Source of the DNA: Candidatus Aenigmatarchaeota archaeon
GTDB lineage: Archaea; Aenigmatarchaeota; Aenigmatarchaeia; CG10238-14; SCSR01
Assembly: GCA_038998335.1 (NCBI GenBank)
Contig: JAVZHQ010000001.1
Coordinates: 704,001-768,000, forward strand
DNA: 64,000 nucleotides
Reading direction: 5' to 3'
Within the stretch, counting starts at the first letter, position 1, and the number at the start of each line of letters is the position of its first letter. Of the stretch, positions 9,601-20,070 are shown in pieces. The notes under the pieces are model-generated. The model was given only the letters and a program-made list of their open reading frames with translations. It was not told the origin of the DNA and did not search any database. A program made the translations under genes and the position numbers.

Positions 9601-11469
9601 TATATTTGTTTCAGGATGCACGCAATCGATGACTATTAAACCAATGTTTTTCTCTTCTATTAGTTCGTTAGCCTTTTCTACTAAAAGCATTTGATGCTCT
9701 GCGTTAAAAGCTCTTGCAACGAAAATGTTTTTAAGTGTTTCTTGTGGTTCAAGCTTTAAAGCTTTTGCTATGTTTAAAATTCTAGAAGGCGAAAAAGTAT
9801 TTTCTGTATCTATCCACAAACAGCTTCTTTTAAGTCCACCTTTTTCTTCAGGAAGTTGAACGTTAACTGCAAGCTGAAAGCCTAGTTGTGTCTTTCCTGA
9901 GTTATGAGAAACTAAACTGTTTGCTATAAAATTGTGTGTTCCTGGCACTTCTAGATCATAGACCTTTCCGTCGGGAGTAGAAATTTCAGAAATGTTAACC
10001 ACTTTAAGATAGTTAGAACGTGGAAGATTTCTTTCTCTTTTATAGCTTTTTACAACTTCAATTATTCTATCCTTTAACCTTATCGAAAACTTTCCAATCT
10101 CTTCCAAGAAACGGATTATGGAGTTTCTATCCCTAATACATAGTCTTAAATAAGTTACTTCTTTACCATTCCTTTTAGTTTTTTCTTTGTTTATGCGTGA
10201 AAAAATGCCGAACTTAGCTAAAAGAAGTTGTACATCCTCTATCAACCTACAGCTAGAACTTCTAAGACTAACTTCCCTTGAATAGGCTGGTAAGGTATAA
10301 ATGTAAGATTTTATACCTTCTTTACAAACTCTTATATGTTTTCTTGTTCTTTCTCTCATATCCAATACTACACTACCTTCACCGTCAAACAAGGCTGATA
10401 AGAATCTTGCTATCACATCTTTTGGTGATTGAAAAATTTGCTCAGGCACGTGTTTTTCTGAAGAACGATTAAAAATTCCTTCAAATTGCCTTAGAAACTC
10501 TCCTACCACAACAGAATTTATATCAACTATTTTTACTTTTTCTTCAGCCTTTCTTCTACTCGTATCTATACCAAAAACAGACTTAACCAAGTACTCAAAC
10601 CTTTCGATAATATCCTTGTTCTTATTGACAATAGAAACTCTGGAAATTGTATTGGTCTTGCTTTGTGTTTCTTTCCATCCTTCCGAGATTATAAAACCTA
10701 AAATTTCTGCAAGTTCTGGAGTTAAAAAGGATGGCAACTTTGGTTTAGATAACTTACTTATTGGAGTATTCTTAGCAAGTTTAATTTGAGTGTTTAGTCT
10801 AACGTATTCTTTTGGAAATATACAGTCTGAAACCATCAATACAGCATCACCAACATGCATATTTTCTGCATTTTTCCAACCAAAAGGAGTTAAAAGAGGA
10901 TGATTTGGAGTTACCGATAAAGTAATGCCATTCTCGAACAAAATTTTCAAAACTTTCTCGCAAGAATACACATGTAATTTTGTAGCAACCGTTGGTTTGA
11001 CAGACCCATTTAAAGTTAATATGGGCAGCCTTATAGGATATACTCCTTCAGGAAGATTCTTAGCGATGGAAGAAATTGGTACAATTCTACCATCACCTAG
11101 AGTTATTTTAGTATTTCCTACCAAACATCCATAAGCCCCGTACGTTTCTGTTATGGCTTGAGTTTGAATTCCTCCTCCCAACAAATTGTCAAGATTCTTG
11201 CTTCCTGTTGTTATTCTTAAAGCCTTTTCCTTTCTTTCAAGAATTTTGTCAGCAGACTCAAAACCAATATCGAGCATTTGTCTTACTGCGTTTATTATCT
11301 TAGCAGCTTGACCCTCGCCAATTTCAGCTATTCTTGCAAGCTCAGAAGGAGAAGTTACAGCAATAACCATAGGGTCAACATAACCTACTTCCCTAAGCTT
11401 TTGAGCTATTTTCTCTCCAACTCCAGGAATATCCTCAAGCTTAATTTCTTTCTTCATTCTTTTTCCCAT
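6610..11469 (-). CDS. radA: DNA repair and recombination protein RadA containing three inteins (318-aa extein)
   Basis: N-terminal LEDIPGVG HhH; Walker A GAYG|SGKTQ; IDTENTF; Walker [31 protein letters not shown]...[15 protein letters not shown]. Confidence 0.97.
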   Translation of the reverse strand: MGKRMKKEIKLEDIPGVGEKIAQKLREVGYVDPMVIAVTSPSELARIAEIGEGQAAKIINAVRQMLDIGFESADKILERKEKALRITTGSKNLDNLLGGGIQTQAITETYGAYGCLVGNTKITLGDGRIVPISSIAKNLPEGVYPIRLPILTLNGSVKPTVATKLHVYSCEKVLKILFENGITLSVTPNHPLLTPFGWKNAENMHVGDAVLMVSDCIFPKEYVRLNTQIKLAKNTPISKLSKPKLPSFLTPELAEILGFIISEGWKETQSKTNTISRVSIVNKNKDIIERFEYLVKSVFGIDTSRRKAEEKVKIVDINSVVVGEFLRQFEGIFNRSSEKHVPEQIFQSPKDVIARFLSALFDGEGSVVLDMRERTRKHIRVCKEGIKSYIYTLPAYSREVSLRSSSCRLIEDVQLLLAKFGIFSRINKEKTKRNGKEVTYLRLCIRDRNSIIRFLEEIGKFSIRLKDRIIEVVKSYKRERNLPRSNYLKVVNISEISTPDGKVYDLEVPGTHNFIANSLVSHNSGKTQLGFQLAVNVQLPEEKGGLKRSCLWIDTENTFSPSRILNIAKALKLEPQETLKNIFVARAFNAEHQMLLVEKANELIEEKNIGLIVIDCVHPETNIITANGHIVKPIQVMSENPLLSVDLNNFSQEPAFVSALYKKLPEKMVEIDVGTRKIKVTPNHRFFVLDEDGIKEKFAKELKRGDYVVGIKKLEVKGKKFLGKEWLEFIGYFLGDGGISRNKIDFWDSNKTLLKYYHFLARKLSFSPRPIKRAKNKNCYYFDINSVKLIEFLTSLGLRKSSKEKEIPKEILTSTDEELGAFLRGLFDAEGSVYFGKPYNTIFRRGKEKITRKARIHHIIFASASKKLVEQVKYALLRFGIESTEIKTCKNRWGKTYEIRIIDCQSIMNFQKFISFNHKKKLAKLNKMVEFLNKKFLHKDPIPISMDVIEVIAKKLGVSVYTVQNKFGFGLSTYRKFYYPQRPTLKKLIENFEKIGSCKELEFLKKIVNSNLGFFKIKKVKELKKLPTFVYDMTVPGYECYVANGFLVHNSLTSHFRAEFIGRGELAERQQKLNKHLHHLQKLADAYNLAVYITNQVMARPDVLFGDPTAPVGGHVLGHLCVDSNSLIVTNEGMKKIKDVHNPMNILGYKDGFRFYKVVEKVETERPTILEINHNLRVSPDHTVFIFTEEGFKEVKSKDLKTGDYLILPKLIDVPEKKLKIKKFNPEKVYVIKNPEKVKKRLQQIFSIKHNAECKNFLGIGARHLRGILNSSLPTSLKIIRRIERFIGKIEYEVKETVKHKDVKEVRELTEELAQILGYFVGDGSKDFYNNSIQIKDENKEVLEFYASLFKSVFNVEPKISKVKNKNCFELKFANKYVANVFKFLIENIYELFFERKSVIKAFVKGLFDAEGSINSMANLTMKDKDFLVFVKLLLLRLGIHSTISIVRNKHGIYYRLMVNPNKFKEIGFTSSRKNKKLEDRKLRKEEKIPLKRKKLMQLLKEIGISYDFKHLENNVSYPELEELCKKYEEVNKIFGSLLGLNFEKIYSIKKLQNNEKLIDIETDCANFLANGYLVHNSTYRIYLRRGKEGARIARLVDAPDLPEGECVFKITENGLKDP
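6739..8109 (-). mobile_element. RadA intein 3 (457 aa) with LAGLIDADG homing endonuclease
   Basis: starts [21 protein letters not shown] and [10 protein letters not shown], ends ANGYLVHN followed by Ser. Confidence 0.95.
8320..9624 (-). mobile_element. RadA intein 2 (435 aa) with LAGLIDADG homing endonuclease, at Walker B
   Basis: starts [21 protein letters not shown] and [10 protein letters not shown], ends ANGFLVHN followed by Ser. Confidence 0.95.
9901..11127 (-). mobile_element. RadA intein 1 (409 aa) with LAGLIDADG homing endonuclease, inside Walker A
   Basis: starts CLVGNT, block [16 protein letters not shown] and [10 protein letters not shown], ends [11 protein letters not shown] followed by Ser. 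Confidence 0.95.
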
Positions 11470-11502
11470 ATTTCTTTTCTTCTTATATTTAAATATATTC
11501 TC

Positions 11503-12513
11503 CTATCTTACTTCCTCGGGTGGTAAATTTATTTTCTCGATCAAATTTTTAATCTCTTGTTCAACATTCAACTCTTCAAAATCGTTAACTATTAACTCAA
11601 GCCTATCAAAAATTTTATTCTTCTTTATCCTTCCTCTTATTATAAGCTCCTTTCCCAAAAGTTTTTCCTCAACTGTTCTAAAACTTTCTTCTGAATTTTG
11701 AAGCTCTTTTGCGCTTAAACCTAAAAGCTTTTCTGCATTATCCCTAAAAAAAACTGTTCTTACAGTTGAAGTACCATCGTCAAGGATACAAGAAATTACA
11801 AGCTCTGGAACTGCTTCTACTTCACCATGCTCTTCACACTTGTTTTCCTCTATTGTTTCACTACAAACAGGACAAACATAAAAAAATAGCTTGTTTTTAA
11901 AAACATGAACTATTGTTCCTTTAACCTCAAAATTTCCTGGTTTTATATCCTTAAGCAAAATTCTTTCTGTTTTTTTGAAAGAATTTAAAATTTCTTCTAG
12001 GCTTGGTAAATCTTCAGCTTCAACCTCCTTTATACTTCCATATCTTCCTAGGGAAATTTCAACATCACCAAAAATGTTTTCTTTTGCTATTCCATTTATT
12101 ACTTGAACTGCAATTCCAGGAGTTATTAATCCTTCTTCTATTATTTTTACTTGATCATTCCATAAAGGTAATCTTATAAAGCCTGTATTATCAGCAAGAA
12201 AAATGCTTGCAACTTTTCCTTCGTTACCATCAGCTCTTTTAAACTTGATTATTTCTGAAACCTTGAAAACCCTTCCTATTATGTTAACGTTTCTCATTCC
12301 AGCTACTATGTTCTTTATTTCTAGTCTTCTTTTTCTTGGTTCAAGCTCAATTCCAAGCTCTCTTGCAACTAAGTAAGCTGCTCCTTCCCTAGAAATTAAA
12401 CCAGAAAGCTCTTCTTGTTTAGAAAAAATCATTTTCTCTATTTCTTCCCTTGAAATGTTGCTTCTTTTAATTATTTCTTCCAAAATTTTCTCGTACTCTA
12501 GCATAAAACTCAA
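11503..12513 (-). CDS. rpa: replication protein A (OB folds plus Zn finger)
   Basis: LISREGAAYLVARELG N-terminal domain, D.TG.IRL.LW OB fold, CPVC...CEEHG Zn finger, LDDGT; probable ATG at 12504. Confidence 0.88.
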   Translation of the reverse strand: MSFMLEYEKILEEIIKRSNISREEIEKMIFSKQEELSGLISREGAAYLVARELGIELEPRKRRLEIKNIVAGMRNVNIIGRVFKVSEIIKFKRADGNEGKVASIFLADNTGFIRLPLWNDQVKIIEEGLITPGIAVQVINGIAKENIFGDVEISLGRYGSIKEVEAEDLPSLEEILNSFKKTERILLKDIKPGNFEVKGTIVHVFKNKLFFYVCPVCSETIEENKCEEHGEVEAVPELVISCILDDGTSTVRTVFFRDNAEKLLGLSAKELQNSEESFRTVEEKLLGKELIIRGRIKKNKIFDRLELIVNDFEELNVEQEIKNLIEKINLPPEEVR

Positions 12514-12590
12514 ATAATTATTCTAAAGTAAAAGATAAATCTTTCGCTTAGCTTAAACTATTTTAAATTAAATTCTTTAATAAGGATAAA

Positions 12591-13955
12591 ATGAAAGTTT
12601 TATTAATAAACCCTCAGTTTGTTGAAGGTTATATACATTCTGCTAGATGGGATTCTTTAACAATTTCTGGAAGCCATTGGTATCCGATTTTTCTTGCGTA
12701 TTGCACAGGACTTTTAGAAAAGTATGGACATGAATGTAAGTTAATCGATGCAGAAGCAGAAAATCTTAGCGACGAAGAGGTTGTAAAAATAGCTGAAAAA
12801 TTTCAACCAGATTTTTCTGTTATTTATGTTTCTGAAAGAGGATTAAAACAAAACTCTGAATTGGCAAGAAAAATAAAAGAAATTACCGGAAGCAAAATAA
12901 TTTTTGTTGGTCCTTGGTGTTCTATAGCAAAGAATGAAATGATGAAAATTAATTTTTTAGATCATATAATAGAGGGAGAGTTTGAATTCGTAGTTAAAAG
13001 TATAGTTGAAGGAAAAGAGAAGAGAAGATTCATCATTTCCTCAAGGCTGACAAAAGAACAAATCGATGAACTACCATGGGTAACAAAAGTTTATAAAAAG
13101 CACTTAAACATAAAAAATTATAAAGTAAGCTCGCTATGGTATCCTTTTGTTGATTTGTTCACAGGAAGAAAATGTTATTGGGGGAAATGCACCTTTTGCC
13201 TTTGGCCTTTCACTATTTTCAAAGGAGGGACTTATGTGTTAAGAGATATCGAGGATGTTTTAGACGAAATAGAATGGGTTTCAAAGAATCTTAATGTAAA
13301 AGAAGTTTTTATTCAAGACGATACACTTTCTGGGCCAAGAGCAAAGCAAATAGCAGAAGGTATACTTGAAAGAGGAATAAAAATAAACTGGTCTGCTTAT
13401 GCGAGAGGGGATTTAAGCATGACTCCAGAAATTTTAAAGAAGATGAAAGAATCAGGATGCCATTGCTTACATGTTGGTTATGAAAGTGGAAATGATGAAA
13501 TCCTTAGAAATGTAAACAAAGGAGTTACAGTTAAAGATTTGGAAAAATTCACGGAATGGGCAACAAAAGCAGGAATAGATATTCATGGTGATTTTATGAT
13601 TGGTTTGCCAGGAGAGACAGAAGAAACTGCAAGAAAAACCATAGATTGGGCAAAAAGGCTTAACATAGTAACTTACCAGTTTGCGCCACCAAAACCTTAT
13701 AAGTGCACCCCTTACTGGGAATGGCTTGAGAAAAACAATTTGATAGACGAAAACGGAAATCCAAACCTTCCTAACATGAGTTATGAGAGAATGGTTGAGC
13801 TATGTAAAATTGCTATGAAAGAGTGCTACTTTAACTTAGGGTTTGTTAGAAGAGTTATTTTCAAGCCAAAGGAAATTTCAAGACTCATGCGCTCAGCGTT
13901 TCATCTTTTACCTTATATTTTCTCAAAGAAAATGGATATACCGATGGGAGAATGA
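12591..13955 (+). CDS. cobalamin-binding radical SAM protein (HpnJ-like)
   Basis: N-terminal B12-binding-like domain (WYPIFLAY), CYWGKCTFCLWP, GYESG, IHGDFMIGLPGET. Confidence 0.85.
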   Translation: MKVLLINPQFVEGYIHSARWDSLTISGSHWYPIFLAYCTGLLEKYGHECKLIDAEAENLSDEEVVKIAEKFQPDFSVIYVSERGLKQNSELARKIKEITGSKIIFVGPWCSIAKNEMMKINFLDHIIEGEFEFVVKSIVEGKEKRRFIISSRLTKEQIDELPWVTKVYKKHLNIKNYKVSSLWYPFVDLFTGRKCYWGKCTFCLWPFTIFKGGTYVLRDIEDVLDEIEWVSKNLNVKEVFIQDDTLSGPRAKQIAEGILERGIKINWSAYARGDLSMTPEILKKMKESGCHCLHVGYESGNDEILRNVNKGVTVKDLEKFTEWATKAGIDIHGDFMIGLPGETEETARKTIDWAKRLNIVTYQFAPPKPYKCTPYWEWLEKNNLIDENGNPNLPNMSYERMVELCKIAMKECYFNLGFVRRVIFKPKEISRLMRSAFHLLPYIFSKKMDIPMGE

Positions 13956-14944
13956 AAGAAAAATCTGTAACTGTTTTAATAACTGTTAAAAATTCAAGAA
14001 GCACTATCAAGGATTGTATAGATTCTATTCTTAGATTAAACTACAAGAACTACAAGGTTTTTGTAGTTGATGCTTTTTCAATAGACGGAACTTATGAAAT
14101 ACTTAAAAGTTATGGCAAAAAGATAAAAGTTGAGCAGTATAAAGGAAACCCACCAAAAGCTTATAACTATGCTATTAAAAAAATAAACACAGAATTTACC
14201 GCTTTTACTGATGGGGATTGTGTAGTTGATAGAGATTGGCTTAAAAATCTTGTTTCATCTTTCGAATCGGAAGAAATTGGAGCAGTCGTAGGCTTTTGCA
14301 AAACTCCAGAAAAGGTAAATTTTTTACAAAAGCTTATTGGGGTAGAGTTGGAAGCTAGGTTTAAAAAATTTCCAAAGTTTATTTCTAGAGGCCCTACTAT
14401 GAATCTTTGTGTTAGAACCAATATCGCTAAGAATTTAAAATTTGATGAAAATTTGGATGTGAGCTACGATGCAGATTTTGGTTATAGAATGATTGAAAAA
14501 GGAAAAAAGATTGTTTATCAACCAAAAGCAATCGTTTACCATTACCATAGAGCAAGTTTAAAAGGATTTTTCAAACAACAACTAACTTATGGAAAATTCG
14601 TTCCCTTGCTTTATTTAAAGCACAGGAAAATGGTAAAAGGAGATCATATTTCTAAACCTTCAATGATGGTTCAACCTTTTATCTTTTACTTTGCAATTTT
14701 ATTTTTAATTCTATCTTTCTTCTTTTCTAATTTTTTAGAGTTGAGCATAGCCATTTTTACACTTTTATTCTTAATATATCTCTTTGATTTCTTAGAACTT
14801 AAAACAAAAAAAGTTTATTTTTTCCCTTATCTTTTTATCTTCTTTTTAAGAACACTTGCTTGGTCTCTTGGCCTAGCTTTAGGATTAAAAATAGTTTTAG
14901 ATTTTTTAGGAAAAAATAAATTAAAACAAAAAAGATATTTATGA
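13952..14944 (+). CDS. glycosyltransferase family 2 with C-terminal TM helices
   Basis: VVDAFSIDGT, FTDGD, YHYHR, hydrophobic C-terminus. Confidence 0.9.
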   Translation: MKEKSVTVLITVKNSRSTIKDCIDSILRLNYKNYKVFVVDAFSIDGTYEILKSYGKKIKVEQYKGNPPKAYNYAIKKINTEFTAFTDGDCVVDRDWLKNLVSSFESEEIGAVVGFCKTPEKVNFLQKLIGVELEARFKKFPKFISRGPTMNLCVRTNIAKNLKFDENLDVSYDADFGYRMIEKGKKIVYQPKAIVYHYHRASLKGFFKQQLTYGKFVPLLYLKHRKMVKGDHISKPSMMVQPFIFYFAILFLILSFFFSNFLELSIAIFTLLFLIYLFDFLELKTKKVYFFPYLFIFFLRTLAWSLGLALGLKIVLDFLGKNKLKQKRYL

Positions 14945-16014
14945 AAGTTTTACTTACTCATGAGCTTTTTTTACCAGACCATCCAATTGGCGGAGAATTA
15001 GCTGTTTATGAGATTGCAAGAAGGTTAAAAGAAAGAGGAATAGAAATAACTGTATTAACAACAGGAAATCCAAAGATAAAAGAATACAAGGGAATACCAA
15101 CGATTCGCATTCCTGTTCATAGGTATATGATGAATCTTGCTTTACCTTTTATATTGAAGTATGCAAAAAAAGTTGATTTAATTCAAACGAACAATTATAA
15201 TGCTTGTTTTCCGTCTTGGGTTGCTGCAAAAATTCTTAAAAAACCTGTGGTTTGTATAGTTCATGGGATGTATGGTAATGGTTGGATCGAGATGAGAGGC
15301 CATATTCTAGGAAGGATTTCAAAAATAGTAGAAAAAATTCAGATAATTCCTAGCTATGATAAAGTAATTTTTTTGAGCGAGTATGCAAGAAGAGAAGGAA
15401 TAAAACAAGGAGTTAAACCGGAAAGAACAGAAGTTTTATTGCCAGGATTACTTAAAAAAGTAAGTTATAAAAAAACAAAAAAAGAGCCTTTTGTCTTGTT
15501 TGTTGGAAGAATAGCAAAACAAAAAGGAATAGATTATTTGATTGAAGCGGCAAGGAAATTGCCAGAAATAAAGTTTGTTGTTGTTGGTAAAGGAGAAGAG
15601 GAAAGAAGAATTAAAAGCATTAGCCCTGAAAACGTTGAGTTTTTAGGTTTTGTTAGCGATGAAAAACTTGCTGAACTTTACTCTAAAGCTTTAGTTTTTT
15701 GCTTGCCTTCTGTTGGAGAAGGATTTGGTTTTGTTTTGTTGGAAGCTATGGCTTCAGGCTGTGCAATAGTCTCTACTGTCCCTTTGGATTTTTATGGTAT
15801 GCATGTAAAGTTTGGTAATGTAGAAGAGTTGGCTAACTCGATTAAGTGCTTGATTGAGAATAAGGAAAAAGCAAGAAAAATGGGAAAGAAGAATAAAGAA
15901 AAAGTTAGAGTATATGATTGGGATGTTTTTATAAATAGGTTGATTGAAATTTACAAAGAAGTTTTACAAAAGAAGTTAAGTATTAACTCAAAAATTTCTT
16001 TTTTGCGGCTATAA
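14941..16014 (+). CDS. glycosyltransferase family 4
   Basis: FVGRIAKQKG, PS..EGFG.VLLEAMASG. Confidence 0.92.
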   Translation: MKVLLTHELFLPDHPIGGELAVYEIARRLKERGIEITVLTTGNPKIKEYKGIPTIRIPVHRYMMNLALPFILKYAKKVDLIQTNNYNACFPSWVAAKILKKPVVCIVHGMYGNGWIEMRGHILGRISKIVEKIQIIPSYDKVIFLSEYARREGIKQGVKPERTEVLLPGLLKKVSYKKTKKEPFVLFVGRIAKQKGIDYLIEAARKLPEIKFVVVGKGEEERRIKSISPENVEFLGFVSDEKLAELYSKALVFCLPSVGEGFGFVLLEAMASGCAIVSTVPLDFYGMHVKFGNVEELANSIKCLIENKEKARKMGKKNKEKVRVYDWDVFINRLIEIYKEVLQKKLSINSKISFLRL

Positions 16015-16192
16015 CATCTTCTCCTAGAATTGTTTTTCTTCCTGCATGCCTTGCTAATAAAGCTGCCTCTTTCGCTACCTCATAGACCTTTTCTTCCATA
16101 ATTCTTGCAAATTCTTCCATGGCTCCTTTCGAAACCCTTTTTGCTCCTGCTTTTTTCAAAATTCTTTCAAACGGAGCTGCTGAAAAAGTCAT
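15983..16192 (-). CDS. archaeal histone
   Basis: APFERILKKAGAKRVS...A.LLARHAGRKTI..ED histone fold. Confidence 0.95.
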   Translation of the reverse strand: MTFSAAPFERILKKAGAKRVSKGAMEEFARIMEEKVYEVAKEAALLARHAGRKTILGEDVIAAKKKFLS

Positions 16193-16202
16193 ATTCTCAC
16201 TA

Positions 16203-18344
16203 TTAAAATATTACTTTATAGATTTTTAATTCTGCGTTTCCATAAACATACTCAAAATGCTTTAAGCCTTGGCCATTCCAGAAGAACATTCTTGTGAATA
16301 AACAATCTCTAACTTTTGGAGGCATAAAAATAACATAGCTATAACTTGAATCAACCCAAAGCAAACCATTAATTAATTGAGCGTTAGTCTGATTTGCATA
16401 ACTAACATACTTATAGCCTTGATAAGTAGGATAATAAATTTCTTCGATTAAGTATCTGTTATTTAATATTGGATAAAGAGTGCAATTTTCTCCTGCTAAA
16501 CATTGACTAAAAGATTTTCCTGGAGAAGGAGTTAAAGCAACACCAATGTCTCTACTGAAATAGTAGAGTGGGTTTCCGGAAGGATCAAAATCAGAGAAAG
16601 TAGTTTGCCAGAAGCACCAGACATAAGTGTTAGCAGGCTCAACATAGCAAGCTCCGGGTGAGCCTGGAGGAGCTCTAAAGCCGCCAAAGAAATTCATCCA
16701 AACATATTTCCCAATCAAATCAGCGCTTGCTATTATGTACATATCGCTAACAGGGTTGCAAGCATCTTTCGGAACTTTATCGCCAAAAGCTTTTTTTACC
16801 TTTTCACAATCTTCAAAACTTAATTCCTTGTATTTTTTAAGAATGTCAATTGCTTCTTCTTCACTTGAAGTTGAAAAAATTCTTCCCATGTCTTGAATTC
16901 TTATGTTATGGTTATAAGGGATACACATTCCTGGAGTACAATGTGCTCCATCTGCATGAACTTTTAAAGGCTTACCTTTATCGTAAGAATAACCTGCAAT
17001 TATATGACCAGGATCCCACCAGGTCACTATCAAAGAATCTTTGTCTGCGTTTTTAACTAACCAGTCTAAAGCGTTAATCCAATTTTGGCTTATTTCCATC
17101 CCTCTCGAAGCGTTACCTACTTGAATTGCGGTAGAAACAAAAATTAAAGAAAGAATTGCTATTGCTCCAAAGATTGTTGCTCCAATAAAATCTCTTTTCA
17201 AATATTTTACTAAATTTCCTACAACATAGCCTGCTGTCGCAGCTGCTGCAACTGAAAAAGAAAGCGCAAACCTTATTCCGCTTAAAATCATGTAAAAAGT
17301 TGCGAAGTACCATAAAATTAGAAAAATTTCTGTAAGTTCAAGCTTGGATTTTCTGTAAAGTTTAAGGATCAGTAAAGGAATAATTAACAAAGAAATAAGA
17401 AATGGAGCGTAGCCTATTCTTCCTACGATTTCTAAAAATCCTGAAGGTGAGAAAACGTTTATTCTTTGAAGTTCTGCTACCGAAATGTTAACTAGCAAAC
17501 CTCTGCTAGGGTCCATAAAACCAAGCATCACAAAAAACGCAGAGAGTATGTTACCCCAACCCAAAAGAAATGCTACGATGTTTGTTGGAATTAAGATTAT
17601 GAAATAAGGAATTAAAAGACCTTTAATTTCTTGAATCGGCTTTCCTATCTCGATTATCAATTTTCTTTGATGTATCATTTCCTCTATGATTCTGAAAAAG
17701 AAAAGAAACACTAAGCAAGCAGTAAGAAGAATTAAAATAAACCAACCTCCACCCCAGTTCCAAACAAAAAGTAGGTTAGAAACTATTGCGAAAATGTAAA
17801 AAGGGATTGATTTTTTCTTCAGGGCAAGGAAAATTGACAGAACGCAAAGAAAAGTGTAAAAAACTACTACAGGATCGTTATCACAATAACCTGCCATACT
17901 TACGCCAATAAAAGTTGGAGTTAGAACAGCAAACAAAGCAGTAGCCAAGCCTCCCCATTTATTTGACAAAGATTTACCTAAAAGAAAAGCTACGATTGCT
18001 CCTAAAACAACCATTATCAAAGGGGAAATTTTAGCTATGTAAATAAAGGAAATGCTACCAAATAAAAATTGTGCAATTTTGTAAAATAAGATCATTGTGT
18101 ACATAAAACCTAATTGGAAGTCAAAAGGTCTTCCTGGAGGATAATAACTCTGAATATCCCATTTTAAAGGGAAAAAATTATTTTCCATTATTAATAGGGA
18201 ATATCTATAGTACCACCAAGGATCGTAATCTAAAATTGTCTGAGCATCTAAGGTAGAAAGTCTGACATAAACTGAAAGATAAATGATTAAAAATAACACA
18301 AAAAAAACTATCAAATTTTTTATTACAGAATCTCCGATTAACAT
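16203..18344 (-). CDS. aglB: oligosaccharyltransferase AglB (STT3 family)
   Basis: DYDPW, GYCDND, ISVAELQ, many TM helices, TWWDPGH, DLIGK. Confidence 0.92.
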   Translation of the reverse strand: MLIGDSVIKNLIVFFVLFLIIYLSVYVRLSTLDAQTILDYDPWWYYRYSLLIMENNFFPLKWDIQSYYPPGRPFDFQLGFMYTMILFYKIAQFLFGSISFIYIAKISPLIMVVLGAIVAFLLGKSLSNKWGGLATALFAVLTPTFIGVSMAGYCDNDPVVVFYTFLCVLSIFLALKKKSIPFYIFAIVSNLLFVWNWGGGWFILILLTACLVFLFFFRIIEEMIHQRKLIIEIGKPIQEIKGLLIPYFIILIPTNIVAFLLGWGNILSAFFVMLGFMDPSRGLLVNISVAELQRINVFSPSGFLEIVGRIGYAPFLISLLIIPLLILKLYRKSKLELTEIFLILWYFATFYMILSGIRFALSFSVAAAATAGYVVGNLVKYLKRDFIGATIFGAIAILSLIFVSTAIQVGNASRGMEISQNWINALDWLVKNADKDSLIVTWWDPGHIIAGYSYDKGKPLKVHADGAHCTPGMCIPYNHNIRIQDMGRIFSTSSEEEAIDILKKYKELSFEDCEKVKKAFGDKVPKDACNPVSDMYIIASADLIGKYVWMNFFGGFRAPPGSPGACYVEPANTYVWCFWQTTFSDFDPSGNPLYYFSRDIGVALTPSPGKSFSQCLAGENCTLYPILNNRYLIEEIYYPTYQGYKYVSYANQTNAQLINGLLWVDSSYSYVIFMPPKVRDCLFTRMFFWNGQGLKHFEYVYGNAELKIYKVIF

Positions 18345-18362
18345 AAATTATTATTCCTTCGT

Positions 18363-19079
18363 TTAAATATTAAAATCCTTTATTTTTCTAATTCGCATCG
18401 TTAGAAATGCAGTATAGCATGGAAATAACTCAGAAAAAATTTTATTAAGAGTTGGTGGTAAAAAGAGAAAACCGTAACCTTTCAACTTTTCAAGCTTAAA
18501 ACCATAAACTTGAGCCAAATCTTTAAGTGAAGAAATAGTGAAAGCTTTCATATGGCTTGGCCAACTTAGTTTTGTGCCCCTCAAAAAATTTCCAAGCTGT
18601 ACGTCAGTTAAATGAAGAGTAGTTGGTTGTTGTCCTAGCAATATGAAAAAAATGTTATGAATTGAAGATAAATTTGGAACCGAAATAACAGCGTAACCAT
18701 CTTTCTTTAACACCCTATTTACCTCCTTAAAAAAGTTTGGAGTATTCCAAAGATGTTCTAAAACCTGGTTTGCTGAAACTACATCAAAAAAATTGGAAGG
18801 ATAAGGAAATTTATGATTTAAATCGCTGATTTTAACTTTTATACCTTTTTTTCTCGCAACATTAGCGCTCTTTTTATCCAATTCAATACCATAAAGATTG
18901 GTTGAATTTAAAGTTTGTCCTATTTTAAGAGTTAAACTACCATTACTACAACCTAAATCTAAAATTTTTGGATCTTTCTTTTCTTTAATAAAAAATGATA
19001 AGAAAAATTCTTGATTTTGTTTATAGAGGAAGTCCGAAACAACAAAAAATTTGCATTTTTCCCAATCTTTCTTTAGCAT
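18363..19079 (-). CDS. class I SAM-dependent methyltransferase
   Basis: ILDLGCSNG, FDVV...QVLEHL, RVLKKDG, SVPN. Confidence 0.9.
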   Translation of the reverse strand: MLKKDWEKCKFFVVSDFLYKQNQEFFLSFFIKEKKDPKILDLGCSNGSLTLKIGQTLNSTNLYGIELDKKSANVARKKGIKVKISDLNHKFPYPSNFFDVVSANQVLEHLWNTPNFFKEVNRVLKKDGYAVISVPNLSSIHNIFFILLGQQPTTLHLTDVQLGNFLRGTKLSWPSHMKAFTISSLKDLAQVYGFKLEKLKGYGFLFLPPTLNKIFSELFPCYTAFLTMRIRKIKDFNI

Positions 19080-20002
19080 TTTAATCCTTTATAAAAATTT
19101 ACAGTTCTTTCTATAGCTTCCTTTATGCTTACTTTTTGTTCCCATCCAAGCCTCTTAATTTTATTAACATCGAGAAGCATTAAATGAACATCACCTTTCC
19201 AACCAGCTTTTCCACCAGTAAATTTAAATTTTGGTTTTAAATTCATTTTTTCACAAACTATTTCAGCTATTTCCTTAACAGTTATCCAATCTTCAGAACC
19301 TATGTTAAAAATTTCTAGCTTTTTGGAAGATTTTCTTGCTCCGATTAGCATAGCATCTATACAATCACTTATATAAATGTAAGATTTTTTTTGTTTACCA
19401 TTTCCTAGAATTTCTAATTCGTTTGGATTTTTCTTTAATTTGTTAAAAAAATCAAAAATTACTCCGTGAGAAGACCTTGGACCAATAACGTTTGCTAACC
19501 TAAAAATTACAGATTTAAAACCAAAAGTATTACAATAAGCAGAAATTAAAGCTTCGCAAGCTAATTTTGTTGCTCCATATAAGGAAATCGGTTCAAGAGG
19601 AGAATTTTCTGGGGTTGGTATTTTTTTAGCTAACCCGTAAACTGTTGAAGAAGAAGTAAAATAAATTTTTTTCACGTCATTTTTTCTCATAGCTTCTAAA
19701 ACATTATAAGTTGCTAAAAAATTTTGTTCTATATCTATTTTTGTATTTTTTAAAGCAGCTCTCACATCAGGATTGGCAGCCAAATGCCAAACTTCTTCTA
19801 CATTTTTAAAATAACTATCAATGCTATCCTTAACTATATCCACTTTAAAAAATTTGAATTTTGAATTGGTTAAGTTGTGTTGAATGTTTTCTTTTTTACC
19901 TGTACTTAGATTATCTAAGACTATTATTTCGTTATTCTTTAAAAGAACATCAACTAAATGTGAACCAATAAAGCCTGCCCCGCCTGTAATTAAAATTTTC
20001 AT
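19073..20002 (-). CDS. NAD-dependent epimerase/dehydratase (UDP-glucose 4-epimerase-like)
   Basis: MKILITGGAGFIGSH (ATG at 20002), SSSTVYG, YGATK, GWKGD. Confidence 0.92.
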   Translation of the reverse strand: MKILITGGAGFIGSHLVDVLLKNNEIIVLDNLSTGKKENIQHNLTNSKFKFFKVDIVKDSIDSYFKNVEEVWHLAANPDVRAALKNTKIDIEQNFLATYNVLEAMRKNDVKKIYFTSSSTVYGLAKKIPTPENSPLEPISLYGATKLACEALISAYCNTFGFKSVIFRLANVIGPRSSHGVIFDFFNKLKKNPNELEILGNGKQKKSYIYISDCIDAMLIGARKSSKKLEIFNIGSEDWITVKEIAEIVCEKMNLKPKFKFTGGKAGWKGDVHLMLLDVNKIKRLGWEQKVSIKEAIERTVNFYKGLKC

Positions 20003-20070
20003 AATAAAATAAAGTTTAAGAACATATTTAAAAGGAGATGAATAAATCTTAAAAAATAAGTTTACTGGTT

